From positions 253,766,001 to 253,830,000 of the forward strand of contig OZ024742.1 of NCBI GenBank assembly GCA_964016885.1: a stretch of DNA of 64,000 nucleotides. Reading direction: 5' to 3'. The notes under the pieces are model-generated. The model was given only the letters and a program-made list of their open reading frames with translations. It had not been told where the DNA came from and did no database searches. The first letter of the stretch is position 1, and each line of letters opens with the position of its first letter. This DNA is from Eledone cirrhosa (lineage: Eukaryota). The translations under genes were made by a program, and so were the position numbers. Below, in pieces: positions 10,695 to 24,005 of the stretch.

Positions 10695-12415
10695 ATTATC
10701 ACCATGTAGCGTCCATTTTTCTATGCTAGTATGGGTTAGACAAGTTGTTCTGCTGTGAGAAAAGCCAGATCAGATGACCATGTCTTTCTCATACAGAACT
10801 GTTTCTGGCTTGGTTTCTATTGCAAGGTACCCTTCTTAACACCAACCATAGTTACTATGTACACTGGATGCTTTTTGTTGTGACACCTACATGACCACTT
10901 TATGTGTGGGTCTATGGAAGGGGCAGGGGTTAGTGCAAACTGGACGCATGCTTCAACCCTTGCACATAGGAAGGCAGGTCTTCTGTATTACTACATAATG
11001 CTAGAGATCTTGATCCTCTGTCATCGTCTTTGAGAGGTGCACTTGTGCAAGGTCAGCTTTTATCACCTCATCCCAAGTCTTCCTAGGTCTTGCTACCCCA
11101 TAGCTTCCAACAACTTTTAGTGTCCTGCACGTTTTTATACTGCTGTCATCCTTCATATGCATCACATGCCCATATCAATGCATTCTCCTCTTCTGTACAC
11201 TGAATCTGATCCTTCTTATGCCCAGTTTCTTTCTCATTTCATTTATGCTTTGCTGTTCATGTGTATTCCTATTACACATCCATTGAAGCATGCTAGCTTC
11301 ATTTCTTTCCAATATTTGCAGGTCTTAATAACATGCAACATTGCTGTTCGTATACATGCATCAAACAATCTGCCCTTTATTTTGAAAAACCTTTTGTAGT
11401 TAGCAGTGGTAGTAGCTCCTTGAACTGTATACCATTCTCATGCTGGATACAGTACTTTTAGAACACCCATATGCACTGTTAATTTGGTCGCCAGGTAACA
11501 AAATCTATCAACTACTTCTACCGATCCCTCTGGGTTCTTGCTACTTTCTGCACCTGTGCAATGACCACATTTTAAACCTGTATTTTTTGCTAGCCTACCT
11601 GAAATCCCACTACCTCTCTTCTGTACCCATAGTTTGCATTTGAGGCATATGGTGGAATTTTACATACTCCTTTCCTACACACTGAGGAAGGTCATTTTTC
11701 TGAGAAAATCTGGGCCCTGTTGACTTTAAGACCTTTAGATTCTAGGCCATGCTTCCAGATTTGGGATTTATTCACTAGATCTGTCTTGGATTCAGTTATA
11801 AAAGTTAGATCATCTGCATACAGAAGTTCCCATGGGCAGTCAGTCTTAAACACTTGTGTTATAGCCTGTTTGATGATAATAAACAGGAGAGGCTAAGGAC
11901 AGAGCCTTGATGCACTCCTACCTGCATGCTAAATTCTACACTATAGTCATTATTAATTGAAGCCTTACTGACTGTTTTGCTATACATGGCTTGTACTGCC
12001 CTCAAAAGCCACTCATCTACTAGTTTTCTAAGAGCCCACCAGATAATAATATGGGGGACTCCGTCAAAAGCTTTCTTCAGTTCCACAAAAGCCAAATAGA
12101 GGTGGTTATTTTTAGCTAGGTACTTCTCCTGCAGTTGCCTTACAAAAAAGAGGGCATCATTGGTACTTTTGCCTGGGAAAAATCTGAACTGCATCTCATC
12201 TAGGTTAACTCGGTCTCTGACCATCTGTGCTACAAATCTTTCTGTGACCTTCATGACCTAGTCAATCAACTTGATGCCTTTATACTTTTCTCTGTTTAGA
12301 CCATAACCTCTGCCCTTATAGTAGTTGATGATGAGGCTGCTATGTCAGTCATTGGGTATGACACCATTTTGTATTACTTAGTTTATACCCGTATAAGGAG
12401 TGACCCACCATCCCA
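10695..12415 (-). mobile_element. Degraded RTE LINE (RT region plus 3'UTR)
   Basis: ORF 11859-12254 LYLAFVELKKAFDGVP..VGVHQGSVLS; same family as 38821-41550; (GAT)n-like tail. Confidence 0.9.
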
Positions 12416-12420
12416 GATGA

Positions 12421-12885
12421 CACAGTACTGAGATCGCTGGCATTATGCAGTAATAGAAATACCCATCTTCCCATCAGCACATGCTAAAGCATGCATCTAG
12501 TATGCACCACCTTCACTTCCATCCCCTCTTCCATAGACCTCTCACATCCTAAGACCCCACACATGATGCTATACCCACCTCCACAATCCCCAAACACCAC
12601 CCTCACAAAAGTCCCCAGCACACAGTGTAAAATGGCAATGATGGCAATATGACAAAAGATACTCAGCCCACACTGTACAGTGGTCGTGTAGGTATCCCGA
12701 CAAAAAGCCCCCAGTCCATACTGTATATGTGATTGGCATTAGGAAGGGCATCCAGCCATAGAAACTCAGCTAAAATCATTTCTGTCGTCTGACCTGGCCT
12801 ATCTCACTCTGGGCCTATTCATCTAACCCATGCTAGTGTGGAAAATGGACAATAAACGGTGATGATGATTATGATGATGATGATA
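12421..12885 (+). mobile_element. RTE 3'UTR/tail fragment, opposite orientation to its neighbour
   Basis: ATTAGGAAGGGCATCCAGCCATAGAAAC..CTAACCCATGCTAGTGTGGAAAATGGAC..(GAT)n. Confidence 0.75.
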
Positions 12886-12887
12886 TA

Positions 12888-12952
<65 letters not shown>

Positions 12953-12954
<2 letters not shown>

Positions 12955-13204
12955 GTCTGTTAGTTGGGATTTGAAAAAAACCCTCTGAATGGAAAAAAGG
13001 ATGAGTATTGATGTACATGGGACACGAACCCACTGGTATGGTTATATAGCTTCTAATTGAATAGAAGGAAACACGGGTGGCACGTTGGTGTAATGGTAAC
13101 ACATTGGTCCGGCAAACCAAAGATGTGGGCTCGTGTCCCATGCACGTAAATACTCATACTTTTTTCCATTCAGAGGGTTGTTTAAAATCCCACCTAACAG
13201 ACTA
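12953..13204 (+). mobile_element. tRNA-like head (13080-13150) with an upstream inverted copy of its 3' part
   Basis: GCACGTTGGTGTAATGGTAACACA-TTGGT(loop)ACCAA-GATGTGGGCTCGTGTCCCAT; arms 12953-13033 and 13125-13204 are inverted. Confidence 0.6.
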
Positions 13205-13306
13205 ATTCTAATTAGTCAAATATGGCGTAAGCACATGTTACTACCTAATTTTCAAATTCGCTAGCTGTTTCTAAACAAACCCTGCTTTGTGTCTCCCTAT
13301 ATATAT

Positions 13307-13354
<48 letters not shown>

Positions 13355-13529
13355 ATATATATTTATAAGCAATGTATGAAGCCAAACCTTTGGCTTTTGA
13401 AGCACTGTGAATATATATATCTACATGTATAAAGAAAGTGCTCACATACAGAAATGCGATAAAGATAGCTTATAAAATAGGGTGAAGACCCTTAAAAGAT
13501 GGAAAAATAAGTTACCATCGACCACTATG

Positions 13530-14375
13530 ATAATAATAATAATGATAATAATGAGATTAATGTGTAAAGTGCTCAGGTGCACTACAACTCGTCAAAGGTG
13601 CATGTATAGTAGATAGAATAATATACAAATGTCAGGGAAGTGAATAGTGTGCGAGTCATGATATATATGTGTGTAGGTGTACGGAGGGGGAATATTAGGT
13701 GTGGTGTTGGTGAATCTCAGGAAGCATGGAGGTTTTAAAGGATGCAGTGTCTCGACAGCTAACAACTGATGCAGGTGGTTTGTTCCATGCTTCAGCAACT
13801 CTGAGCGTGAAAAAATGTTTTCGAAAGTCATGGGAACTGTGCTGTTTTCTGACTTTGTAGGCATGCCCATGTGTGTTTGTGGGTGTTCACCAAGTCAGTT
13901 GCCAGACGTCGGAGCTTCAATGTATCCATGTCCAGGGAAGCAAGGTGTTCAGAGTATGGTAGATGCCTGATGGAGGGTATTCACTTGGTTGGACGTCTCT
14001 GAACAGTTTCCAGGCGGTCAATGTTCTGAGCAAGATAGGGGCTCCAGACTGGTGATGGAAATTTTAAGTGTGGCTGCACCATAGCTATGTACAGCTTTAA
14101 ATAGATAGCTGGAGAGTGGCTGACAAAGGTCTTGCTGAGTGATGCGAAGACACCCTCGGCCTTCTTGACAATTTTAGAGACGTGCTTCGTCCAACGCAAA
14201 TCGCTGCTAACCATAATGCCCAGGTCACAAGAAGACTTCTTGATACTAGTGTTGTGGAGAGAGTATGTGGACGCTTGGTTTTTACTCCTAAAATGCATGG
14301 TGGTGCACTTGTCTACAGCTAGCTTGTGTTGCCAGTCTGTTGCATTGTTGCATTGTGTCCAGGTCTGATTGCAGG
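13530..14375 (-). mobile_element. CR1-type LINE 3' fragment
   Basis: DLGIMVSSDLRWTKHV..LYIAMVQPHLKF..VWSPY..IDRLETVQRR, typical of the CR1 RT C-terminus; (ATT)n tail. Confidence 0.85.
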
Positions 14376-14451
14376 CAATATCTATGAGGAAATGAACTGG
14401 CTGATGGCAATTTCTTTTTCTATTTTTTAAGCTATCTTCAGCATTTTCTTT

Positions 14452-14807
14452 ATCATCATCATCATCATCATCATTTTACGTCTGCTTTTCCCTGTTTACA
14501 AGAACTGTTTCTGGCTTGATTTCTACAGCTAAAAACCCTTTTACAGTGAGTGCTGGGTGCTTTTTTTCTGTGGCGGCTACACGTCCACTTTACAGTGTGG
14601 GCTGGGTGCTTTTTTGCCGTGGCACCTCCACGACCACTTTGCAGTGGAATGATATGGACCCCAGTCACTATCATCTCATTTCTACAGCTGAGCAATGTGA
14701 AATAAAGTATCTTGCTCAAGGAAACAACACACCACCCGGTATGAGAATTGAACTCACAACCTTTCGATTGCAAGGCCAATGCTCTAACCACTAAGCCATG
14801 TGCCTCC
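14452..14807 (-). mobile_element. SINE: tRNA head + CORE-like domain + RTE-derived 3' tail
   Basis: GGCTTAGTGGTTAGAGC A-box, GAGTTCAATTC B-box, CCTTGAGCAAGATACTT, then RTE 3'UTR repeats and (GAT)n; second copy at 44918-45252. Confidence 0.85.
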
Positions 14808-14825
14808 AATATATACAATTTATAT

Positions 14826-14905
<80 letters not shown>

Positions 14906-14906
14906 A

Positions 14907-15001
<95 letters not shown>

Positions 15002-15460
15002 AGTGTGTGTGTATGTATATATATATATATATATATATATAAGTTCATTAGAAAATTGGGCATGGTACACAACAGTGACCAAATTCAGAACATTCTGCAA
15101 TAAAATCAATTTAAAGAGCAATTAGGAAATTTAATAAGTAAAATTCAATTAAACTTGTTTATCTGAAATTTGAATGGGGGTCAAATGAGAATGTCTAATC
15201 TGTCTCTCTATTATATTAATTTATAACATACAACTTGCTTTTCACATATATAATTGCATCATAAAATCAGCATCAGTTTATCACATCTGCTGTGTATATA
15301 TTGACTGATTTGGGGTGTAGCTAGCATTTGTGAAAGTTCAGTGTTGAGATAGTTAGATCAATCACTGCATCTTCTACGTTTTCCACATTATATAATATTG
15401 CTTCTAGAGTTGTTTCTCTTCATCTCTTATGCCTCTTTCTTTTTCTCTCTCTTTTATATA

Positions 15461-15544
<84 letters not shown>

Positions 15545-17460
15545 TAACAGATTAAAGTTTAAGCAAAGAATCGCTGCTTTCACCCTTAACGGGATCTTCT
15601 GAAACTAACAAAGTCAATCTGTAAACGCAGAACTGGATATTTCAAAAAACGTTGTTATAATATCGTTCAATAATATCAAAATTAAGAAAAATAATAAATT
15701 CATTCAAATGGACATAACAAGTTATTATTCCTCAGTAACTCTTAACCTTTTAAATAAGGCGCTTTCATATGCATATAAACACACGGATCTATCTAGTGAC
15801 GAGATTAATATTATTTTAACGGCAAGGCGAACCTTGTTTGAGTTTAATAATGATTTTTGGACTTGATCAGAAAAATTGGCAGAACAATTTCGACATTACT
15901 ATGGGCTCATCCGATTCGGCACAAGTTACTGATCTTGTGGGAATTTTCATCCTTAATATGATAAATTGAAAACTGCCGGAGATTACCGGTGGTTTATATA
16001 GAGATGACATATTATTTACTGTATTTAGACATAATAATAGCAAATTAAATAGAGTAAAGAAAGTAATTATAAAATTCTTTATAAATTATGACCTGAAATT
16101 AGAAGTAGAAAATAACAATAAAATAGTTAATTTTTTAGACGTAACCCTTAATTTAAACTCAGGCCTATATTACCCCTTCCATAAACTCAATGAAAACCTA
16201 AATTATGTTAGCTTTTACTCTAATCATCCTAAAAGTGTTAAAAATGCAATAGTTAATAGTGTCCAACAACGAATATCCAGACTATCTGCTAACAGATCCA
16301 TTTTTAATAGTAAAGCTGGATATTATAATGAAGCGTTACATAAAGCGGGATATAAAAATAATATTGAATATGTAGAAAAAATAACATTAATTATAAACAC
16401 AATATCCATAGTAATTGTTTCTACTTTAGGCACAAGGCCAGCAATTACCCAGTGCATTACTGGTACTTTATTTTATCGACCCCGTAAGGATGAAAGGCAA
16501 AGTCAACCTCGGCGGGATTTGAACTCAGATCGTAAAGGGATGTAACTATGCTGGAAAGCATGGCGTCCGACCCTCTACCGATACTGTCAATCCACATAAT
16601 AATAATAATAAAAATAAAACTGACTGTAAAAATAACAACTTGAGGAATAAATCGGGGAAAAAAATTAGGACTATATCTATAATTTGGTATGCCCCACCAG
16701 CATCTTTAGCTATTAAAATACCTTTAGCACATTTATTTTTTGAAGCCTTGGATAAATGTTTCCCTAGATCACATAGGTATTACTCTATCTTCAATAGACT
16801 CACGGTTAAACTCTCTTATTCAACAACTATGAATATTGCTCAAAATATTGCAAAACATAATAGCAAAATTCTTAATTTGAACCAGCATATAATTAGCGAT
16901 AATAACAATAATAATAATAATAATAATAATAATACATTAGTTAATGTGAATAACAATAACAATAGTTTGAATACAAATAATAGTAGAACACCTAGAAATA
17001 ATAATGATAATACGAATAGTTTAGGTTATAGAAATAACATGGAATTGAACTGTAAAGGAAATCTGAATGCCCTTTACAAAATAATTGCCTTGATAAGAAT
17101 TTAGTATATAAATGTACCATTAAGACAAATAATAATAATACTTATAACTACATAGGTGCCACTTCATCGAACTTTAAGTTTCGCTTTTCCAATCACAAAC
17201 ATTCTTTCTCAAATCCAGATAAAAAAATTTCTACTTCATTATCACAATTAATATGGTCTTTAGAAGAGAAAAATATTAAATACTCCATTTCTTGGAGTAA
17301 ACTTAAGAATTGTGATTCCTATCGGAACGCTTTCATTTAACCAAACTTAGAAATTCTATTAATAATTACCAATTATGGCAATTTAATTAATAAAAAAAAT
17401 TAATTATTTGGAACTTGTCTACATAAGTCTGGAAAGACATTTCAAGCATTATACACATTT
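15545..17460 (+). mobile_element. Penelope-like element, Naiad type (RT + Cys linker + GIY-YIG), pseudogenised
   Basis: Hand translation gives IQMDITSYY, FDITMGSSDSAQVTDLVG, GLYRDD, NFLDVTLNL, SNHP, IIWYAPP, CPLQNNCL, LVYKC..YIGATSSNFKFRFSNHKHSF; stops and frameshifts; interrupted by a SINE and (AAT)n. Confidence 0.9.
16412..16595 (-). mobile_element. SINE family S1 inserted in the PLE
   Basis: Reverse complement of the 641-820 family. Confidence 0.85.
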
Positions 17461-17531
17461 AGAAAAAAATACTGACTAAGAAGAAAAAAATATTGACTAT
17501 TATTAATAATTCTTGAAATATTATTATTATT

Positions 17532-18232
17532 TATAAGTATGTACACGTACACACATATATGCATACCGACGTACAGTAGTATGTATACATATATATACAT
17601 ACATGCACACATATATATATGCACGTATGGATTCACCGAATATTTATTATAATGCTCGGTGTGTTTGTAAACAAACATCCCGTATTAAGCCGTAGTGTCT
17701 AGCAACCACCGTTGCTCGTTTGTTCAACACTGACAAAGGAACGCTGTACTAGTTTCAAGCTTGTTAGCTATCGTCAGCCGTACTAAGAGTGGGAAATGAA
17801 ATATCGTTTCATTTTTTCCGTTTATCGTTTTCGGTGCACCCGGCCGATTAACCCACTCGATATGCAAATTGGGCTACTCAGCCGTTAATATGCATAAGGT
17901 AAGTATATACGTTCAACAATCTGGCAGGAAGGTATACGTTGCTGACGATAGCTAACAAGCTTGAAACTAGTACAGCGTTCCTTTGTCAGTGTTGAACAAA
18001 CGAGCAACGGTGGTTGCTAGACACTACGGCTTAATACGGGATGTTTGTTTACAAACACACCGAGCATTATAATAAATATTCGGTGAATCCATACGTGCAT
18101 ATATATATGTGTGCATGTATGTATATATATGTATACATACTACTGTACGTCGGTATGCATATATGTACATACTTATATTTAAGTAACAGCCGTACTAAGA
18201 GTGGGAAATGAAATATCGTTTCATTTTTTCCG
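17532..18232 (+). mobile_element. HHR element family B (412-nt unit, 46-bp terminal redundancy, 5' inverted partial copy)
   Basis: 17775-17820 equals 18187-18232; 17532-17778 is the reverse complement of ~17941-18178; further partial copy at 61264-61510. Confidence 0.85.
17936..17978 (+). ncRNA. Minimal type I hammerhead ribozyme (family B)
   Basis: ACGTTG-CTGACGA-TAGCT(AACA)AGCTT-GAAA-CTAG-TA-CAGCGT; inverted copy lacking most of the 5' stem I strand at 17741-17778. Confidence 0.8.
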
Positions 18233-18254
18233 ATTATTATTATTATTATATATA

Positions 18255-18429
18255 TAATTGTTTCTACTTTAGGCACAAGGCCAGCAATATCCAGTGCATT
18301 ACTGGTACTTTATTTTATCGACCCCGTAAGGCAAAGTTAACCTCGGCGGGATTTGAACTCAGATCGTAAAGGGACGTAACTATGCTGGAAAGCATGGCGT
18401 CCGACCCTCTACCGATATTGCCAATCCAC
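18255..18429 (-). mobile_element. SINE family S1
   Basis: Reverse complement of the 641-820 family. Confidence 0.85.
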
Positions 18430-19220
18430 GTTTTGCCTTATCTTAAAAATCGTATATCGTTTTTATATAGTAAACTCAGTATCCTAAGTTCGGATTTAGA
18501 ATGGTCATTGTATAACTAGAAATTTCTGAATTTGCGGTTTGAAATATCTTTTGGCTTTCAAAGCACTTAGATAACTTAAATGATCACATAAGTTGTACAG
18601 GTTATCTTCCTTTGTTTACATTCTTCGTAAATAATTTTCGTTCTATCCAAATGGATTAATAATCTATATTTAACATGATTTATGCAGTTTAATAATATAC
18701 GAAAAATCCTTAAAGGGAAACTACATATATTAAGATGTAATTACAGAAGTAAAATCGAAATAATAATACTTTTAAGAGTAAATATAACTACTTATTAATC
18801 CTGTAAGTAAATGACAACCAATGAATTGAACTGTTTTTATAATTCAGATAATAATTCTTAACATTATATAAAATGCATATACTGATGGTGATATGCGCAT
18901 ACGTTGTAGTAAATATCCTTATACATATTTAATACGTGCTTTATAGATAAAAATGTTTTTGAATTTTGTAACAAAATAATAAATATAAGTAATTAAACTA
19001 TACTTCTGATTATTATAGAAAATATATTTATATTGTTTAATTTTGATATAATATATTAGTATAATTAGCTTAAACAAAAGATATTTTTAAAAATGTCATG
19101 GTATTTAATTTGTCGCTTCTATTTGACTTAATATTTGAAAACAATGGTCACGCATCATGTCTCTTTCTTCCTTCTTTCTTTCTTTCCTTTTTGCAGTTAT
19201 GTCTTTCTTCTTCTCTTCTC

Positions 19221-19261
<41 letters not shown>

Positions 19262-19510
19262 CTTCCCTAACACCTATATTTATGCATTTAAATAGTTATG
19301 TATGCATGTGTTTATTTACTTCTTGCATTTTCTCATACTCACCCCCTCCTTATACTTATATCTCGCTCCACATCCTCTTCTTCATTTATTTAAGTTTATT
19401 ATGTTATTATTTGTGGTATATAAATGTTGAGATTTGTTGTAATAAATCACTTCCAATACTGGAATTGAACCATCAAGACAGTTCAGGTATGTCATACATC
19501 AATTCATGTA

Positions 19511-19572
19511 TTTTATCTGACGAGGAGGTACTGAAAAAACAGCACAGTACCTTCGAAATATATATAATAAAA
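19511..19572 (+). ncRNA. Type I hammerhead ribozyme
   Basis: TTTTAT-CTGACGA-GGAGGTACTG(loop)CAGTACCTTC-GAAA-TATATA-TA-ATAAAA; 10-bp stem II and 6-bp stem I. Confidence 0.8.
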
Positions 19573-19689
19573 CATATATTTTGATTATGTGAATGTCTTC
19601 ATTTATTAATATTTTGAATAATATATTTATATATATATGTATATATATCATCATTTCATTTTATGTCCGCTTTTCCCTGCTTGCAAGGG

Positions 19690-19739
<50 letters not shown>

Positions 19740-21146
19740 GTATATGTATAAGAGGCTGGTGTAGATTGCTTATAGCAGTGTGTTAAGTGTTTTGTTTGAA
19801 AGCTACAACAATGTGAACTGAAGTATAAATGTTAAAATATGATAACAATGATGTTGTTGTCTTACTTTGTAGTTTTTTAGAGGTCCTTATATTTCAGGAT
19901 ATCAAAAGATTAATAGAAAAATCTAGTTTAGAGTGTATTTCTGTTACTCTTAATCTGCCATTTTTGAAATTTGAAAGAAGTTATTTCTATGTTTTCACTG
20001 TTGGAAAAAGTGAATGGATCAAATGGTATGTGATCCAAGCTGTGTTCCAATCTTAGGTATTATTGTATAATTTTTTCAAATGGAATGAAGTGTTGTACTG
20101 TGTATTTCTATGGTAGCCACTGGCTGTTGTTAACTTCTTGTTTATTGTTGATTTTGCCCTTCCTGGTGGGATATGACCAGTGCTCTTCCAGATTTATCAA
20201 GAGCAGATGTCCTTCCTGATGTTAACCCATTTAAACAGCTCTCACAGCATGTAGGGATATGGTGTATCTATTTTAAACCAACACACACATCATGTGTGTG
20301 TACATTGTCACCACTAGGCCTCTTCCTGAGCTATGTAAGTTTAACCGTAATTAGGCCATTACAAGCAGAGACATGGCCATAACTCAGTTACTGCAAGGAC
20401 AACCATCTGAGACACCAGTATAACACAGAGACAAACATCAGACCCACCCGCATAGTACAGGAGCAACTATACGGTCCACCAGTATAGTACAGGGGAAAAA
20501 TCTGCCGTTGTGTCTCTATTTTTTATTATTGGAGTTTTCACCTATGTACATGCTCAGCACTGGCTGCCATGCAGAGAAATATCATGAAAGACTTTGATGA
20601 ACAGCAAAAAAGTGTGCGTGTAAGGGCAAGTATGTGTGTTTATGTATGTGTGCGCGTGAGTGTGTATGTATGTGCATGTGTCTGTGAGTGCATATGTGTG
20701 TTTGTGTATATATATATATATATATGCATGTGTATGTGTGTGTGTGTATATATATATATGTGTATATCTATGCATGTGTGTGTGTGCATGTGAATTTGTG
20801 TGTGGGGATGGATGTGCATGCTTGTTTATGTGTATGTGCATGTGTGTGTATGTGTATGTATAAAGTATGTGTGTGTGTATGTATGAGTGTATGTGTCTCT
20901 CTGTGTCTTGATCGAATAATCTACTCCTTTTCTTCCCTTGTATTTCTCTATATTAAAGACATCTACTAGCATTATAAGGAATAGTAAAATCCCCCTAGTT
21001 ACAGCTGGTATCACAAATGTTCCTTAAATTATCGCAGAGATAAACTGATGAGTCCATAAAATGAGGCGTCTTAAGAATAATTTGGTGTTAATATTGTCTC
21101 TACCATATGTGTTTTAATTAGATACATTTCAACTTATTTCCACCTT

Positions 21147-21660
21147 GTAAGGTGATCATGCTGGTGACATGACAAAAAGTACCCAGTCAACCTGTAAGGA
21201 GGTCATGCTGGTGACATGACAAAAACATACCCAATATACTGTAAGGTGGTCATGCTGGTGACACAACAAAAATGCATCCAGCACACTGTAAGGTGGTCAT
21301 GCTGGTGACATGACAAAAAAAGAACCCAGTTCTCACTGTAAGGTGGTCATGCTGGTGACACAACAAATAAGCACTCAGTCACCCATGTAAAGTGGCTGTT
21401 TTGGTAACACAATGAAAAGTATCCAGTCCATTCCTGCCAGATGGTTATTTTGGTGATACAATTAAAAGCACCTACCCAGGGGCATGCTGTAATGTGGTTG
21501 GTGTTAGGAAGGGCATGCAGCTGTAAAAACCAAGCTAAAACAGATCCATATGAGGAGCAAGACATGGTCACCTGGCCTGACTTGTATCATAATATGACAA
21601 CCCACACTAACCCATGCAAGTATGGACAATGGATGTTAAATGATAAGGATGATGATGATG
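21147..21660 (+). repeat. ~38-bp minisatellite expanded from an RTE 3'UTR, ending in the RTE tail
   Basis: About 9 units of GTAAGGTGGTCATGCTGGTGACAYRACAAAA..CCCAG.., then GTTAGGAAGGGCATGCAGC and (GAT)n. Confidence 0.8.
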
Positions 21661-22337
21661 GTGTCTGTGTCAAATTTGTCTCTATCATATATGTTTTATC
21701 TAAGATACATTTCAATTTACTATGTTATCGACAAACACAGCACAACAATCAACTGAACTAATTCATGAATAAAAAAAATTCCATCAAAGTTCACCTTTCA
21801 TGGTTATTATTATTTTTGTATACATCAGGTGAATGAAATGACACGCAAATGAACAATAAGTCTCATTTATTTATTCTGAGCAAATTTTCCCCTATCATAA
21901 CAATCTATGTAACATTAGTTTGTATTATATATAAGTTGGTGTTAGATTTATTGTAACACTCACTGTTGTTATGAAATCATTTATATTTTGTTGTTCAGGT
22001 CTTAGAAATCAAATGCTTTTGTTATAGCTGCCATCGACAGGTTATGTCAATATCAAACTCTTAGCTGTCCTTTCTCCCCATCTTCTTCATGCTATGCATT
22101 TGTGGCCTTTTCTGTGTTTTTAACATACAAATATACACGCTAACCTTGTCATCTCCAAGAAAAGTATGAAAGTATGCTAGTATGCTAGTTGGAAGTCAAA
22201 ACAATATTTTCTAATACAAACAACCAGTTACAGTCAATGGTGTTAACCTCATTTATCTTAACTCTTTAAATATGGAGGAGATAAAGGGTCGTACAGTGTT
22301 GATGATGAAGATAAAGTAGTATAATAACAACAACAAC

Positions 22338-22399
<62 letters not shown>

Positions 22400-23529
22400 G
22401 AAGAACAACAACAACAAAGTGAGGGTGTGAGGGGGAGAAGACATTTTATATTTATTCTTCTTTTCATTCTATATGCCATATATGTTATAACTTTGAAGTT
22501 TTGCCTGAAATGTGTATCTTATTTTTAGCAAGAATTCTAAGAGACTTAGTTTTCACAAATGTCTACATTATTGATCATACGTCTAGCTGTCATTATGTGT
22601 ATTGGTGAAAGTCGCCTCTGCTACTCAACATTGCTAATCCAACTAAAACAGTCTCTATAGGGTTAAAAGTCAACTCTACGAAAGGTTTCAAGCTGTCAGG
22701 TTTAGCGAAATTAATCAGGAATTAGTCTACAGGCTTCTATTTCTTGCTATAAAAATACTTGCAATGTAATCTCATGAAATAAATATGGCATTCACATAGT
22801 TCATATACACTACTATTATAATCATCATCACTATCATCATCATCATTTTATGTCCACCTTCCATTCCTGGCATGGCCTGGTGGGTCATCATGGTTTGTGA
22901 CTATGGTGATCTGAGAGATATATCTTTCTCATACATTCCATATTTTGGCATGGTTTCTACAACTGGAAGCCCTTCGTAATACAAACCACTTTACAGCTTG
23001 TATAGGTGCATTTTATTGTGACACTGCACTACTACTTTACAGAGTGGACTAGCTCTTTCACCACATCTCACTCAACATCCTCCAAAGGTAAGACATGATA
23101 TGATAGTGTTATATTGGCTCTTTCAGCACATCTCCCTTGCTATCTTCCCAAGGTGAAACATTAGATGCTAGTGTGATCAATTAATGTTTGTTTTTCTGTT
23201 TGTTTGTTTTTTTTATACAGTTTTGCTTTAGGTCCAACCAGCTTTTGGATTATTTAAGCTAAAGCTTAATATGTTGAAATTAGCTGATTTAAAATTGAAA
23301 AATTTCCTATCTATTAGTATGCTTGTATATTAATTGTTATATGTAATCACTGATAGCATTGAGAAAGCCTGATGTCCCTTGCAAACAGTAGTCCTAAATA
23401 CTATACTACTAATAAAGAACAAAGCTGTATAGTTTATATGTCATTGTGAAATATGTGCTTATAGATATTTTGGGAAAGCTGGTGCAGTGCAAATTAGAAA
23501 TAGAAATTGTTTACAGTTTTATCTTATAT

Positions 23530-23561
<32 letters not shown>

Positions 23562-23659
23562 TCTACGTCCGCTTTTCCCTGCTTGCAAGGGTGGGACGAT
23601 ATTTCATTCATATATTTTACCAAAGGAAAGAAAATGGAGTGGGATGTTCCTAACCTCAA

Positions 23660-24005
23660 AATATGAAATGCAAGATAAAGTGTATAACTCAGAGATCAGA
23701 GAGTCACTCCAGGTAAAGTCACTACTTCTCCAAATTGAGAGATCACAGGTCCGATACCTTGGGCATGTGGTTAAAATGTCTCAGGAAAGAATCGCTGGAC
23801 AGATTTTATGGACAAAACCAACTGGCAGAAGACCCAGAGATAGACCTTGAGCAAGATGGTTGGATAACATCTATGAGCTTGGCTGGTTATGCTTGAGGAT
23901 GCAGCTGGATCAGTTGGAGATGGTTGCTTCTGACAGGACCTGCTGGAAGGAGTGTTTGAGGACTCTACCCCAATGACCCTTTCACGAATAAATGATCAAA
24001 GAATA
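23660..24005 (+). mobile_element. RTE LINE 3' fragment (second family, Rex3/Expander-like)
   Basis: DKVYNSEIRESLQVKSLLLQIERSQVRYLGHVVKMSQER..GRRPRDRP. Confidence 0.8.

Noticed and set aside
13080-13150. Functional tRNA gene
   Set aside because: T-loop is GCTCGTG rather than GTTCRA, the acceptor stem is poor, and it is embedded in a rearranged repeat.
14471-15121. 216-aa ORF and many YIYI/VCVC/HTHT ORFs across the window
   Set aside because: Artefacts of stop-free dinucleotide repeats.
15860-15972. In-frame TGA codons in the Naiad RT as selenocysteine (some Naiads are selenoproteins)
   Set aside because: They fall in W-T-*-S and I-N-*-K contexts, not at conserved Cys positions; the copy also has frameshifts, and I saw no SECIS. 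Simple decay is more likely.
18430-19000. Possible very old PLE endonuclease fragment on the minus strand
   Set aside because: Only a weak ELRILSLL-like resemblance; too degraded to support.
21040-21080. CTGATGAGTCC hammerhead-like start
   Set aside because: No matching stem II closure, GAAA or stem III.
21147-21500. CRISPR-like repeat-spacer appearance
   Set aside because: The units are homologous tandem copies from an RTE 3'UTR in a eukaryotic context, with no cas genes.
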